Source of the DNA: Alphaproteobacteria bacterium
GTDB lineage: Bacteria; Pseudomonadota; Alphaproteobacteria; RF32; CAG-239
Assembly (NCBI GenBank): GCA_016283295.1
Contig: JAEEMQ010000024.1
Location: 325-64,324, forward strand
Length of the DNA: 64,000 nt
Reading direction: 5' to 3'
Positions 62,922 to 64,000 of this stretch are shown here, piece after piece; positions within the stretch are counted from its first letter, which is position 1, and every line of letters starts with the position of its first letter. Below the pieces are notes generated by a model. The model was not told the DNA's origin. It ran no database searches and saw only the letters and a list, made by a program, of their open reading frames with translations. The position numbers were made by a program, and so were the translations under genes.

Positions 62922-63619
62922 TGGCAAAAATTTTGGTTGTTGAAGATGAACAGGCTATTGCCGTGTTGCTTAAATACAATTTGGAAAAGGCCGGTTACGA
63001 AACAATTTGCGTGGCGCAGGGCAACAAAGTTCTGCCGGCCGTGGAAAAAGATACGCCGTCTCTCATTTTGCTTGATTGGATGTTGCCGGAGATGTCCGGC
63101 CTGGAGCTGTGCAAAATCATTCGCAACAATCCGGATTTGAAAAATATTCCGATTATTATGCTGACGGCCAAAGGTCAGGAAGAAGATAAAATCGCCGGAC
63201 TTTCCGCCGGTGCCGATGACTATGTGACCAAGCCGTTCTCTATTCCGGAGCTTTTGGCGCGTATTCAAACCAACTTGCGCCGTGCCGGTAATGTGGCATC
63301 GAGTATCAAAAAAGAATATGTTTTCCGCGATATTGTGCTGAAAAGCAACGAGAAAAAAGTTTTCCGCGGCGAAAATTATATCCAACTCGGGCCGACGGAA
63401 TTTCGCATTCTGCAACTGTTGATTTCTAACCCGACACAGGTGTTTTCACGCGATGAGGTCTTAAAAACGGTGTGGGGCAACAGTATTTATGTGGAGCCGC
63501 GCACGGTAGACGTGCATATCCGCCGCCTGCGCAAAGCCCTCAACGAGTTCGGGCCGGATTATATCCGCACCATTCGCTCGACCGGCTATTCGCTTGATGA
63601 CCACCAAGTGGAAGAATAG
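62921..63619 (+). CDS. phoB: OmpR/PhoB-family response regulator (PhoB-like)
   Basis: Receiver domain ILVVEDE...LILLDWMLPEMSG...MLTAKG...GADDYVTKPF and a winged-helix C-terminus. ATG overlaps the rpe stop. Confidence 0.7.
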   Translation: MAKILVVEDEQAIAVLLKYNLEKAGYETICVAQGNKVLPAVEKDTPSLILLDWMLPEMSGLELCKIIRNNPDLKNIPIIMLTAKGQEEDKIAGLSAGADDYVTKPFSIPELLARIQTNLRRAGNVASSIKKEYVFRDIVLKSNEKKVFRGENYIQLGPTEFRILQLLISNPTQVFSRDEVLKTVWGNSIYVEPRTVDVHIRRLRKALNEFGPDYIRTIRSTGYSLDDHQVEE

Positions 63620-64000
63620 TTATTTTCCGTTTTCGTACAGCTGTTGCGCCGATACGTAATCGAACTTACCGCTGCCGAGAAGCGGCGGTTCGGCCGTATA
63701 CACTATCTCGCGCGGAATCCACAATTCGCTGACACCCTGCTTTTGAAAATACTTTTTGATTTCGGCAACACTTGCTTTGTTATCCGAGGTTATCAGTACC
63801 AGTTTTTCGCCTTTTTTCTCGTCTTCAACCGCGATGATGCCTTGCTTTACGTCAGGATACAGCGCATCCAGCAACTGCTCCACCGCCGTCAGCGACACCA
63901 TCTCGCCGCCGATTTTGGCAAAGCGTTTGGCGCGACCGCAAATCGAAACAAACCCCTCATCGTCAACGCTGACAATATCGCCGGTATCATACCACTCGCC
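63620..64000 (-). CDS. AMP-dependent synthetase/ligase, C-terminal part (partial, continues beyond the window)
   Basis: The frame is open to position 64000 (..GEWYDTGDIVSVDDEGFVSICGRAKRFAKIGGEMVSL..IPREIVYTAEPPLLGSGKFDY), typical of the ANL-superfamily C-terminal domain. Confidence 0.7.
   Translation of the reverse strand, partial: GEWYDTGDIVSVDDEGFVSICGRAKRFAKIGGEMVSLTAVEQLLDALYPDVKQGIIAVEDEKKGEKLVLITSDNKASVAEIKKYFQKQGVSELWIPREIVYTAEPPLLGSGKFDYVSAQQLYENGK

Noticed and set aside
1-64000. Search for cas1, cas2, reverse transcriptase, transposase, ring nuclease or rRNA genes
   Set aside because: No ORF in the track shows the corresponding motifs. Their absence applies only to this window and only to motif recognition by eye.

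Overview
The window has two parts. Part 1 (about 1-24.2 kb) is a visibly AT-richer defence and mobile-gene island that ends at the 3' end of a tRNA-Arg(ACG) gene (24233-24309, minus strand). Part 2 (24.3-64 kb) is ordinary chromosome. Island contents, left to right: (a) a minus-strand operon with a T5orf172/GIY-YIG-superfamily protein, an HTH-WYL regulator and a third gene cut by the window edge. (b) A divergent, translationally coupled type III-A CRISPR-Cas operon: Cas02710-type CARF-HEPN, cas10 (HD + GGDD), csm2, csm3, csm4, csm5, cas6. No cas1, cas2 or RT is in the window. (c) A plus-strand CRISPR array with 17 spacers. It is split by a ~180-nt highly structured segment that sits where the loop of a repeat hairpin should be. 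(d) A dense cluster of hairpins and inverted 11-mers around an outward-facing promoter. (e) Two small ORFs, one a 48-aa TM peptide missing from the ORF track. (f) DUF3768, DUF1737 and a 194-aa FimB/E-sized tyrosine recombinase. (g) McrBC, in which McrB carries a duplicated putative reader module, one copy inserted inside the AAA+ core. (h) Two DUF4143 AAA+ ATPases flanking a Fic protein. (i) An orphan AbiEi-like protein and a metallophosphoesterase. Chromosomal contents: a secreted MORN+ankyrin giant protein, an APH-like kinase, a HAD hydrolase and a CNNM/CorC transporter. Then a GT2, ftsB-like, lolD plus lolC/E permease, LemA plus two DUF3137 paralogues, adhE and a YgiW-like OB-fold protein. 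Then a 6x20-aa repeat protein, an amidase, pgeF, a guanine-deaminase-like gene and an AaxB/AaxC-type arginine decarboxylase/antiporter pair. Then a glycan operon (cytidylyltransferase, GT2, GT2, Stealth, GT8, mini-protein) whose genes share a C-terminal tail, followed by malQ-glgX-glgB, rpsA with a 72-bp tandem-repeat hairpin downstream, a ferritin-like gene, rpe, phoB-like and a partial AMP-ligase. Best candidates for something undescribed: (1) the repeat-loop-embedded structured RNA inside the CRISPR array; (2) the hairpin/inverted-repeat promoter cluster next to the array together with the Fim-sized recombinase, a possible invertible switch or structured sRNA pair; (3) the identical 15-mer placed the same way upstream of two operons that bracket the CRISPR-Cas module; (4) the McrB with a putative reader module inserted between Walker A and Walker B; (5) the shared-tail glycosyltransferase cassettes. 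All family assignments come from motif recognition by eye. No searches were run.
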